This document shows, one piece after another, positions 13,098 to 24,016 of a DNA stretch of 55,188 bases. Source of the stretch: Reclinomonas americana ATCC 50394 (Eukaryota); NCBI GenBank assembly GCA_048213135.1, contig PS015178.1, positions 1 to 55,188 of the forward strand, given 5' to 3'. A program made the position numbers and the translations under genes. The stretch's first letter is position 1. The number at the start of each line of letters is the position of its first letter. The notes beneath the pieces were generated by a model. That model ran no database searches and was not told the origin of the DNA. It saw nothing but the letters and a program-made list of their open reading frames with translations.

Positions 13098-14129
13098 ATG
13101 GGCGAGTGGGTGGAGGAGACGCGATTTTTCGGGGTGCACCCGATTGCGTTGATGGATGATGTGTACAACATGATTCAGGATTATGTGGTGGAGGCGGGTC
13201 GATCGTTGGACGATCATTTGTATGCTGAGATGCGTGTGATTGATAAGGGAGCGACGATTGAGCGTATCAAGCAGGTGAGGGAGTGTCTCTCTGCGTGTGT
13301 GCAAGAGTGAGTGTGTTGCTCATGTGTGTGCGTTGAGTAGACGGTGTCGCGATACATGGAGATCTTGGTCGATCTGCGCGATCGCAACTATGACAAGTTT
13401 GAGATGTACGCACTGCGCAATGTGTTTCGCTTGCCAGAGGCGCTGAGCATCGACACGCTCTCGGCGGTTGCGTGCAGTCACTCGCTCACGCGCATCTATG
13501 GCGGTCACTCACGTGCACGTGCGCGCACACACGCAGGATGTCGATGTCACGTACACGGACGACGATGAGGCCAAGTTGGATGAGGAGATTGAGCGGCTAC
13601 GAGAGGACGTGCGCAACGTTGCGTGGTGCCACTGTGGTAAAGAGAGAGAGTGTGTGTGTCGTGTCTCACGTGGAGCGCAGATGGCATTCTGGCGACGGAA
13701 AGTGCGCAGCGAGTTGGAGAGTCTGCGATTGTCGATTGGTGGTCTCGAGAAGATCCGTGATGCGCTCAGTGAGCTGACATCCACATCGTCGAGAGCACAA
13801 GGTAGGGTGATGCTTCTTGCGAGGGAGGAAAGGATGCTTGGCGTCAACTCAATCGATTGCGACAATCAGTCAATGTGTTGAAAGATCTCATGATCCCGCT
13901 GGCTTCGGCGAGGCAAGAGGCCGGCGTGGCACTGGCGCGTGTCGAATCCGCGCTGACCTCCTTCTGCGACGCCAATCGAATCGAAACCGGTGCAGGTGAG
14001 GAGATAAGAGAGAGAGAAACAGAGAGGGGAAGTCGACGTTTGCGCTGAAGTCGATTCTGTGCAGGAGCGTCAAGAAGCGCAGTGGCCGATGCTGCAATGC
14101 GGTCGGTGCCACATGCGCATGCGCTGTGA
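13098..14129 (+). CDS. MIS12: Kinetochore MIS12 complex subunit Mis12
   Basis: N-terminal ETRFFGVHPIALMDDVYNMIQDY and DRNYDKFEMYALRNVFRLP match the Mis12 signature, followed by a coiled coil. Spliced. Confidence 0.88.
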
Positions 14130-14279
14130 CGAGTACCAGAGGCGGCTGGGGGGCGAAACGAGTTGAGTGGAATGCGGAGGGGGAAAAAGAAGAAAATGTA
14201 AGAAAATCATGATTGTTGGCAGTTGTCGCCGTCCTGTCACGATGTTTTCGTTGTGTTGTTGTTGGTGAGCGAGTGCAAG

Positions 14280-15317
14280 ATGTCGCGTGCCAGCAGCAGC
14301 AGCGTGGCTGGTGTGATCACCGAGTCCATGATATTGCAAGCGAGTGGTGAGATCAGTGTCGACAGTGTGACGTTTCTCCCGTTACGAAACCTCGGTGAGC
14401 GATCGTGATAGTTACACAGTGAAGGAAGACACGCTCATCCCGCGTGATCCCACCCAGGCCTGACCAGCTTGAACGGTGTGGAGGTGTGTGAACGGTGCAC
14501 GGAGCTGGACGCCTCCATGAACCGCGTGTGCGAGATTGGCGCAGTCACCTCACTGGCCGAGCTTCGCGTGTTGCGACTCATTGGCAACCGCGTGAACGAC
14601 CTCAGCGTGCTGGCCAACGTGCCAACCCTCCAGCAGCTGTTCCTCCAGGGCAACGCCATTGCCGACGTGCAGGCGTTGGCACCGCTGAAGCACTGTCACG
14701 GGTTGCAGATGCTCAGTCTGCAGAACTACGATCGCTCCATGCCCAACCCGGTGTGCGAGACCGCCGACTATTGGCGGCAAGTGCGTGCGCTGTTGCCGCA
14801 GGTGCGTGTGCTCGACGGCAAGAGGTTACATATTGAGGTGCGTTTCTCCTCGCAAAGATCCGAGGCAGTGGCAAATGATCCTAAAGCTGGTTGTTTCGTG
14901 CAGTGCATGTCGGAGACAGGCGTCGGCCCTGAGCCCGACATGGAGGCCTCACAGTCGGGCAGCAGCGGTGCCGACGATATCGTCATCCCCAAGACCGCGC
15001 CCTGGCTGACCAGTTGAGTCGCTCTTCTCCACAGCGCAGTCGACAACTGCGACTGACTGACTCCTGTCTCGCGCCTGCAGAGTACGAGTGGAACCCCGAC
15101 AAGCCGCACTTTGACGAGGTCAAGCGCAGCATCAACTCCATCTCCCAGGGCTTCAAGAGTTGCGATGCTGAGGGCACACCAAGCACATGATCTGCCGTCT
15201 CTCTCTCACACATCATTCACAGACGATGTCATTGACTGTCGCAAGCTGCTGGCCAAAGCCGATGAGCTGCTGGCGGGCACCAGTGGAGGAGGAGGCAGCA
15301 GCAGCAGCAGCAAATGA
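14280..15317 (+). CDS. LRRC61: Leucine-rich repeat protein, LRRC61-like
   Basis: ITESMILQASGEISVDSVTFLPLRNLGL, SDS22-type LRRs and the LRRcap NPVC...YWRQVRALLPQVRVLDG resemble LRRC61 as recalled. Confidence 0.75.
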
Positions 15318-15365
15318 ACAACGCGTGTTTCACTGACTTGTGAGTCAGAGAGAACGAGCAAACAG

Positions 15366-15650
15366 TCAGCGGAAGTCAGGGCGATCCTTGAATCGCAGTC
15401 GCATGTCCAACTGAGAGCGCGCAAGTCAGAGTGTGTCTTGTGCCTCTGTGTGTGTGTGTCTCACCCACACACGCACCTGTCCTCGTCGACACTCAAAGTA
15501 CTGTCGTCGCACCTTGTCGCACTCCTCACTGAGGTGATTCGACTCGACCTTGAGGCACTCCTTGAAGGGCCTCTTCTGCTCGCGGAAGCACGCAGTCGCC
15601 ACAATGCACTCAATCAGCTGCTGTCGCAGCTTGTTGCAGCTCTTGCCCAT
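15366..15650 (-). CDS. COA5: Cytochrome c oxidase assembly factor COA5/Pet191 (twin Cys-pair protein)
   Basis: MGKSCNKLRQQLIEC...C...FKECLK...SEECDKVRRQYFECRRGQ|LDMRLRFK; one intron. Confidence 0.92.
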
Positions 15651-15714
15651 GTTTATGTGTGAATCGAGAACGAAGGACACAGATGTCCCCTCGCGTGTTT
15701 GTTCTGACTCCGCG

Positions 15715-17067
15715 ATGAGCTCTGATCGCTACTTTGGCCCTCACTGGAGACACCTGATCGCGGGGACACTAGCAGGCGCAGTGTCCATGGCCGCAGTGGT
15801 CTGTGTGGAGCATGCACACGCACACAGCACACAGCACACCACAGTCACTGATGCACTCATGCACAGGCGCCCATTGATCTCGTCAAGACGCGCTTGCAAG
15901 GTTCTTCTTCTCTCGTCTCTCTCTCTCTCTTGCGCCCACTCTTGTGGCTCAATGCATGACCACTCTGGCAGCACAAGAGACCTGGTCCAAGGTGCCTGGC
16001 ATGTACCGGCCTGTGTACCGGAACTCGTTTCATGCAGTGCGACAGATCTATGCCTCCGACGGGCTCGCCGGCTTCTACAGAGGCGTGGCACCAGCTGTAC
16101 TCGGCTCTGCCATGTCGTGGGGACTGTACTTTCTCATGTTTCGTCGCTTGTTCCATCGTTTGCAAGGCAGCAGCTGAGAGACTGTGGGCGCAGATACAAC
16201 AAGTTCAAATCGATGGCCAGTGGTGGTGAGAATGTGGAGCTGGGCCCGCTGGGCATTGTGTCGACGAGTACAGGTGCCGGCGCTGTCGTCTGCTGCATCA
16301 CCAATCCGGTGTGGTTGATCAAGACGCGAATGCAGTTGGAGGTGTTGAATGCGGCACCGCCTCTGACAGTGGGCGCTGCTGCTGCATCACCATCACCAGT
16401 GCCACCGCCGCCACCGTCGTACAAGAGTATTGGGAATGCGTTTAGAGAGATCCTTCGTGTCGACGGACCGCGTGGCTTGTGGCGAGGCCTCGGGCCGGCA
16501 CTGGTGATGACCTCGCACGGGGGACTGCAGTTTGTGGCCTACGAAGAGTTGCAGCGACTGTTCCAGTGGTTTGAGTGGAACCGCTTGCCGCCGACGCAGC
16601 AGGCGCACACACAGAGGCGAGATATCAAGCTGGTGCGGCTATCTGCCTTTGCTCCCTCCCTCACTCACTCACTCACTCGCGGTACGGGGGAGCAGAACTC
16701 GTGGCACTTTTTCGTCGCCGGCTACGCCTCCAAGATCGTCGCCACTGTCGGCACCTACCCACTGGCGGTGTGTCACCACCCCCGCGTGCTCTATGCATGT
16801 CCATCCCTTTTCCCATGACACGATGCGTCGCAGGTGATGAAGACGCGAATGCAAGACTGGAAGAACCGCGACAATACGCTATACTCCAGCATGTGGGACG
16901 CCGCCAAGAAGATCTACCACAACGAGGGCGTGCGCGGCTTCTACAAGGCCGTCCTCCCGAACACCTTCAAGGTCGCGCCCGCCAGCGCCGTCACATTAGT
17001 GGTCTACGAAGCCGCCTCCAAGTGGCTGCGTGCCCTCGACAGCGTAGAAGACACCGCATCACGATAA
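15715..17067 (+). CDS. SLC25A32: Mitochondrial carrier, folate/FAD transporter type
   Basis: Three carrier repeats (PIDLVKTRLQ, NPVWLIKTRMQ, YPLAVMKTRMQ) plus SWGLYF and SHGGLQFVAYEE, typical of SLC25A32/FLX1. Confidence 0.85.
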
Positions 17068-17139
17068 TAGAAACAAAACACAGGCATGCGTCCTGTGTGT
17101 CTGCATTTCATCTTCGTTTTTTTCCGACAGACACACGCA

Positions 17140-17755
17140 ATGGCCTTCCGTCTCCCTCTCACTGCACTTGCTGTTGCCTTTGTGCTGGGCATGCTGGCTG
17201 TCGACTTGACCATGGACAGTCACGGTGACGACGTGGCCACACGCGACATTCCTCTTCTCTACTATCGCGGTCACCGCACTGCGCAGTTCCCACACAACAT
17301 CACCATTGTGCTCGTCATTGTGTTTGGCGCGGTCTCGCTCATTGTCAACCTGGTCAAGAAGCGCTCGCTGGTGTTGGACTCGGTGTCGGCGGTGTTCATG
17401 ATGTGAGTGTGTGTGCATGCATGCAAGAAGGTGATGATGCAATGCATGCATTCTGACTCGCATCGCAGTGTTGGACTGTATGGCTTTGTCGGTGTGCTCA
17501 TTCCAGTTGCGCGAGTGCTGTGCACACTCTCTTATAGTCTCGTATGTGTCTCCGCTCATTGTGTGTGCGTGCGTGCAGGCGCAAGAGGCGATCAAGAACC
17601 TGTCGCCTTCCGATCCGTCACTGGCTCCCTTGCTCGTCCTCGTTCAGCAGTGGCACTACATTATGGTCGCCTTGATGGTGCCGGTCATGGGCCTGCAGAT
17701 TGCGTCGCATGCCCTTCCCGCGACCGGTGGCAAGAGCAAGCCGCATGCTCACTGA
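17140..17755 (+). CDS. Small 4-TM membrane protein, possibly SHR3-like ER chaperone
   Basis: Three exons give about 158 aa with four hydrophobic helices and a final GLQ. The SHR3 resemblance rests on topology only. Confidence 0.6.
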
Positions 17756-17765
17756 GTCTATCCAA

Positions 17766-19431
17766 TCATGACGATTGTTTATCCGAGTTCAATGAACGCC
17801 AATCCTTCCCCTCTCTTTCATCATCGATCCTCTGTTGAGAGCTCCCATTTGCTGAGGAAGGAGTAGTCGACGTAGACCTTTTTGTTGTTCCGGTTGCGAT
17901 AGGTGAGCTCCTTGACGCCTTGCATGTTGATGGTTTGATCCAGTGCGCCGAGATATCTGCAAAGGGAGGGGTGAGACAGGCGCAGTGGCAGTCACGGACA
18001 CAGGGGATCGTGACAGAACTTGTCCGGTCGCCGCAGTGTAATGATCTGCGTTGGTGTCGTGATGAGTATGGTGCCGCGCAGCGTACAGCGTGCAGCGCAC
18101 AAACCTTGTGACTCCACCTGTCGGAGGTCGCCCCCTGGTCCAGGCAGTGCAAGTGGCCGTCGACCTGCACGCCAGCAACAAGCAGTGAGCAACGGCAGAA
18201 GCCTCGTCATCTCCTCGGCAGTCACGCAACAGAAATATAGTACAAGTACAGGTGACCCACAAGAGTTCTGGCGCCGTCCACAAGGTGAGTGTGAACTCGA
18301 TGCACTTCACGTCATCGCACTCCACAGCACGCAACTTGCCGACGACGGGATCACACCCGGCCTTCTGGTGCGGCTCCAACTCCAAACGACTGACGATGCC
18401 ACACAGTCAGCTCCCGCTGTCTGTAACTGCCTCGCTGCGCAAGAGCCACCAACCGTGTCAAGTTCTCCCAATCCCACTTGATTTTCTTGTACACGTGGAT
18501 GAGTTCGTTGTCGGTGGATCGGAAGAACACGCGGTGTCGCACGGTGCCGACGGCCGAGACGAGTCCGTTTACCGGCGGAATGCCGAGCTCGGTGGTCAGA
18601 TCGCGCTCCCTCGATCCCAGTCGCGACACCTTGATCAAATGACTGCACAGCGATAGCGCACAGTGAGTTGATTGTTGTATCTCTCTCCTCGCATGCACAC
18701 ACACACACCCGTCGCTATTGCGCACACGGTACTTGCCCAGTGCCAGCGAGAACTGCTGACGAATGTCGGCCGCCGCATCGGCAGCGTCCTCCACCGCGCG
18801 CTCATCCAGAGCAGCCGCGGCCTCGGACACCTCATCCTCGGCGTCGCCAGCACCCGACAGGTCGTCGCTGACACTGCCGTCCACGAGCTGCGCCACCGCC
18901 AACCCTGCAGAACCCGCCGACGCCGACATGCGCACATGCACCGGCTGTGGTGGTGGCAGAGGCGGGGGTGTGGCCGGTCGACCTGCTTCCACTCCAGCTG
19001 CGGCGGCGACTGCTGGCGGAGCAGACACTGACCGACCGGCTGTGACTGCGTGAGGCGCGGATGAGCCAAGGAAGACGACATGACGACGAGCATCACGCAC
19101 CCCCACGCTCCTCCTTGCGTCTCTGCGAGGTCCGGTCGATGAGCCACGCCAGTGAAACCACAGTGATCGTGGTGAGGAAGCACGCTGGCCAGAACCCGAG
19201 CAATGAGAACACTGCGAGCAAGAGAGCGTCAGCTGGAGAGAGGTAACATAGGAGAGAGAAGAAACGCACGCATGCCCAGTGTGATGCATAGTCTGCGGAC
19301 AGCAATAACAAACGAGTCAGCAAGTCGTCGGAAGAAAGCAGATCACTCATGACGCAACACTCCAAATGCCAACTGCACGGCACCAAACAGTGAGCATGTT
19401 AGTGTGTGTATGTAAGAGAGTGGGGGCGGAG

Positions 19432-19473
<42 letters not shown>

Positions 19474-19657
19474 CAGTGCCCACTTGATCAAGTCGGCGGC
19501 ATCACGCAGCAGATCTTTCCACTCTGCGCGTTGTCCACGCAGGCGCTCCATGGCATCACGCAGGTCCTCCACTGCGAGGTGGTCAGTGAGAAACAACACG
19601 TTCTGCCCCTGCTCTCTCTCTCGCGCAGAGAGTACCAGCATAGCGGATCTTGTGCAT
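17766..19657 (-). CDS. Spliced hypothetical protein(s) with a TM segment and an acidic linker
   Basis: Coding-like exons (VEDLRDAMERLRGQRAEWKDLL; ALLLAVFSLLGFWPACFLTTITVVSLAWLI; FFRSTDNELIHVYKKIKWDWENLT) are flanked by GT/AG sites. The model is not fully resolved and may be two genes. Confidence 0.4.
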
Positions 19658-19835
19658 TCTTAGCGGTCCGACAATGACGATCAACGCAGAGGACTTATAC
19701 TTCGCAGGGGCGGCACGTTTTATTCTTGTGCACTGCAGTATAAAACCCTGCGTTTTCCAGTCTATACGCGAAACACTATAGGAGGGGAGGCTAAACAATT
19801 AACACGACTATAAAAAGAAGAAAACACGACGTCGG

Positions 19836-22216
19836 CTATGCCTGCGGAACAGTGGTCAGCAGAGCGAGGAACACGGTGCACCAGAGTGGCATGGTGCACA
19901 CGGCACACTGTTCGTGATTGATGAGCGAGTCAGCGCAGCAATAGCAGCAGCAATCGATGTTGAAGTGCCACGCAACAATCATCTGCCAGAAGAGCAACTC
20001 GGCGGTCTCGTCCTTGTTGAACTTCAATAGTTGAGACATGGTACTCAACGCCACTGCACAAGCATTCGCATCGATTCAACAACGTCGTAGATAGATATAG
20101 CCACGGTGTCTTGCATCGACCACTCACCAGCAGTGGGCGTCGCCGTCTCCACCATCAGCACGAAGAGGATGAGACGATCCGACGGCAGCACGCCGATTTT
20201 CCACATTGTGTACACGAGGGTGGTGAGCACGGCTGGCATCAGCAGCTGACGGCCAACTAGTGAGCCCACAATGAACTTGATGCGCAGACCGCGGCCGTCG
20301 TTCTCCACTGCTGCAGCTGGAGCCGGAGGATTTGACGACTCCGCAGGCGACTGCTGGGGATGCTCCTCGGGGCTCTCGCCCCCGGCGAGTCGTCGGCCCT
20401 TCGGTGTGGGCGGCGGCTGGTTGTCGGGCGACTCACCGTCCATGGCAACCATCTCCACATCTCGCTCGCCTGCCGCCGATGCTGGTGGTGGCGGTGATGA
20501 TGCGCGGTCACGTTGCTCCTGCTCTCGTCGCTGCTTGCGAGCACGCCACTGCGTGCGGAAGGTGACTGCCAGGGCGCCACCGAGACTGAGCATGGCGACC
20601 AGCACAAACGAGTCGCCAGTGATGTACAAGGCCGACATCTGCACCGTAGCTGGTGAGCGTTGTGAAAAGAAAAGAAGGGTGAGAGGAGAGCGACAACACA
20701 CCAGTGGCCGCAACAGCAGCGGTGGCTGTGTGGTCAGTCGCTTCAGGGGGCCAATCATGCCCACGAATACACCAATCAGACTCGACAGCGTAGGTGGCTT
20801 GGTGAACAGCTTGAGAATGGGCAGGACCTTGGTGCGGAACGTGGACGGTGCCGGACCGTGAGGCGCGCCAGCACCGTCGGCGCCATCTGTGCGAGCGTGA
20901 CTCAGACGGAGGCAAGAGCAGGTGGCGCGACGCAGGGCGCACACGTACCTTGCAACTGCGCATACGATGTGGCCGCACTGGGGCCGGCCGGTGGCGACAT
21001 TAGTACGTAGCCGACGACCCACGGCAGAATGGCTCCGAGAATGGTGACCAGAGAAATGTATCTGCAACACAAAAGGTGATCATGAGTTGACATACAGTCT
21101 CTCGTTCTGCGAATGCACAACAATGTGAACGTACCCCTTGGCCAGCTTCTCGAGTTCGGGAATGGTCAATCCATACACCGAAAAGATCTCACTCGTTACC
21201 GTGGCTGCACGAGGGGCACAGGGGAAGATGAGTTAGATGATCGATGTGGTGGTGTGGCAGCGACTTCGGCGACACACACCAAGCACAATGACCAGCGGCA
21301 GGTTGCCTGGTGCACACGATCAGTGGTGAGGCACGTGACGAGCTTCCGCATGCGAGCGACACGCCAAACCTGCATTGTTGAAGATGATACTGGCCACCAG
21401 CAGGCTGCGCAGTTTCTTTGGTGGTCGAACGCACAGGCGAACAAACAGCGGCACGATGAGCATGCCGACGGCTGCGAGCGGCGTGCAGGATGAGGATGAG
21501 CTCCAGTAAGAGCCTTCCCAGGTCTCTCAGTGTCACGCAACTCACGTACACTCCCTGGCACACAATCACCGGCCACTGCTCCGCCACTCGGCCGAGATCA
21601 AAGGTCTCAGATATCTGTGCAGAGAAAACACAAGCCTCAGCAGCAGCGAATACCGCAGCGGAGTGGAGCGAGACTGGCACCGCGCACCCGCATGAAGAGA
21701 AACGCCGGAATGACAATGTAAAACTGCACGCGGGCCATGGTCTCCGCAAACGACTCGCTGACCACATTGGAGAACACGAGGTACGCTCCTGCCGCCAGCG
21801 ATAAGCAAGGTGCGGGGGCCGGGAGAATAAAAAAGAATAAAAAGATATTTCGCCCCCGAGGAGGAGTCGAACCTCTACGCCGTCAAGCGTCTACGGATTT
21901 GAAGTCCGCACACTGAACCGTCAGAGCTCACAGGGGCAAAGGAACAAATGGCAGATTCTAAGCATGGCAACAATGCACTGGCACACTACATGCAGCGAGA
22001 AGGAAACGCGCGTGCACTTGTGCCTCTGTGTCTGTGTGTGCCTTTCTGCATGCATGTGCATGCATGGAAAGATCATCTCCGACTCACTCCGACTCTCTCT
22101 CTCTCTCTCTCTCTCTCTTTGTGAGATTGCTCACCGCCCGACGCCAGCACCACGCTGAGCAACACCGACGCTGATGCATCAGCAAAGAGACTGAGCAGCA
22201 CCGAGGCCGATGACAT
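19836..22216 (-). CDS. PIN-LIKES / auxin efflux carrier family membrane transporter
   Basis: Exon 1 MSSASVLLSLFADASASVLLSVVLASG|GAYLV, then FYIVIPAFLF, RPPKKLRSLLVASIIFNNA, KPPTLSSLIGVFVGMIGPLK, GRQLLMPA, FVLMVETATPTA and LLFWQ. Confidence 0.88.
21829..21843 (-). terminator. Pol III oligo-T terminator of tRNA-Sec
   Basis: TTTTT-ATTC-TTTTTT starts about 7 nt after the tRNA 3' end on the minus strand. Confidence 0.75.
21851..21937 (-). tRNA. tRNA-Sec (anticodon UCA), 87 nt
   Basis: The reverse complement folds into the eukaryotic 9/4 structure: acceptor GCCCCUGUG/CUCGGGGGC with a U-U pair, 6-bp D stem with a 4-nt CGGU loop, anticodon arm UGCGGA-CUUCAAA-UCCGUA, long variable arm, 4-bp T stem GAGG-UUCGACU-CCUC, and discriminator G. 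T5 and T6 runs follow. Confidence 0.96.
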
Positions 22217-22665
22217 GCTGCACACACATACACACACAGAGAGAGATTTGTGACAAATGCGACAGCAGAAAATAGATCGCCCTTCTTCTCCCTCTCCTCG
22301 CACCTCTCAACCCCAAGCTGGAGAGCAAGCAAGCCACAACGCCAGTCACTCACTCACACACGCGCGTCAGTGCTCTCGTGTGTTGTGGCGAAAAAGTGAC
22401 TGGCCGTGACCCACAAGCCGATCGACAGCGTCGGAGTGGTGGATCGTCTTCGCGCACCCCGCCCTTGCCTTTCAGTGATAATTTTCTTTTGGTAGTTTCT
22501 CCGTCTACGGGGATGCATCTCCACGGTGCGTCCCCCCGTGTACACAAAAAAACAAAGAAGAAGAACAACGAAGGATGAACAAGCAAGTCGCATTGCAACT
22601 TTCTTCGGCTACCTCAATGTACAACGACGAAACAAGCTCTCTCCCTTCTTCTGTTTACGGCAGTG

Positions 22666-23650
22666 TCACTCGCTCTCGTTGAGTCGCCGGACCAACTGCG
22701 CACTCGTATCAGCACGAGAAGCAAGCTTTCCCTCGGCGAGCAGCAGTGAGAACGCAACTTCGGCGAGGATTGTCGGTGCCGTGTCGAGCGTGTCGGCAAT
22801 GTTCCCGAGCCTCTCGCGCATTGTCGTCAGCTCGTTTGATGATCTCTCGTAGTCCTCCGTGAACTGCACATGGAATGGGGCAAGCGATCTGAGCATCGGC
22901 TCCTTCCCATCGCAGACACCCAAGTTGTACCTGTCGCAACATGGCCTGCAGATCGTCGCGTTCTCGTCGCTTCTCCAGATACCTCTTGGCCTGCACGATC
23001 TCAGCCGGCGGCAACTCGCATGTCATTATGCTGTGCGCAGATGGATGAGAGAGAGAGCGGAGACAAGTCGTCGACAAGGGACGGAACTTGGGTCCGTCTG
23101 TCATCGCGTCGAGCATGTTGAGCTTTGTGAAGACGTCGTGCTCTTCCATGATCGTGTCCAGCTCCGTCTGCGCCACACTCATCAGTCCACGACCCTCGCT
23201 CCTTCACACACACTCGTCGACGTCGACAATGAAACGCACTGTGGCATGACTTCTGATCTGTTGTGCAAACTGTGAATGCACGTCGAACATGAGCTCCTGC
23301 TGTGCCGGTGTCAAGTCGTCTTCCGCCTGTGCTCTCTTGTGCCCTGCCCGAATACACACACACACAGTCAATCATCATCGCATCGAGGTCGTCCTTGACT
23401 GTCACTCACCCACTCGCGCACATCTCGCCAAGATCTCGTCCTTATCCAACGACGGATCACGATAACACGTGCTGAGAATGGCCTCTCGCTGCGTCTCGCC
23501 CTTTGGCATCAACACCTCCGCCCCGCCCATCATATAGTCCAACGCGCGTTGGAACGCCGCTCGCAACGCGCGTGATCGTGGACCCAGATGCGTCCCACTG
23601 GTGCTGACAGTGCTGCCGACGGCCGCCTCCTCGTCTGCGGCGCTGGCCAT
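22666..23650 (-). CDS. PMF1: Kinetochore MIS12 complex subunit Nnf1/PMF1-like
   Basis: RSRALRAAFQRALD, TELDTIMEEHDVFTKLNMLD and LPPAEIVQAKRYLEKRRERDDL, followed by a coiled coil, match the Nnf1 pattern as recalled. Confidence 0.72.
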
Positions 23651-23670
23651 TTCTGCTGTCTTCGCTCACA

Positions 23671-23701
23671 CCGCGCGCGAATTGGATTTTCACAACGGTC
23701 A
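23671..23701 (+). promoter_or_regulatory. Candidate cell-cycle promoter module in a bidirectional promoter
   Basis: CCGCGCGCGA-ATTGG-...-CACAACGGTCA, the same ordered motifs as upstream of MIS12. Confidence 0.55.
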
Positions 23702-23799
23702 AATAGATTTCGAAGCGAGCGTGGAGCAAAGAGGCACGTTCTCTCTTACACACACTCTCGTCTGTGTGCTCACCCCACTCACACAGGAGACAGAGGCGA

Positions 23800-23964
23800 A
23801 TGGATCTTCAAGTGTCAACATTGACCACGGTGGAGGAGTACTTGTGGCAACTGCACGCACAGCTGGCGTCGCGAGTGCAGGAGGCGGTGCAGGGAGGAGT
23901 GGAGCGGTTGCAGCAGGAGAGTGAGGCCAAGAAGCGCGAACTCCTCGCCATGTGCGATGAATGA
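23800..23964 (+). CDS. 54-aa helical protein, candidate helix-only survivin/BORI-like chromosomal passenger subunit
   Basis: MDLQVSTLTTVEEYLWQLHAQLASRVQEAVQGGVERLQQESEAKKRELLAMCDE resembles the C-terminal helix of fungal Bir1 and plant BORI (TVEEW/YL...RL..E). Confidence 0.5.
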   Translation: MDLQVSTLTTVEEYLWQLHAQLASRVQEAVQGGVERLQQESEAKKRELLAMCDE

Positions 23965-24016
23965 CACAGCGACACCCTCCCAGTGTACAGCAGTAGTTTG
24001 AAAGAGTACTTTAATC

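Noticed and set aside
21851-21937. UCA tRNA as a Trp/opal suppressor implying an altered genetic code
   Set aside because: The 9/4 fold, long D stem and long variable arm are Sec-specific, and TGA is used as a normal stop (e.g. VPS26C, COA5).
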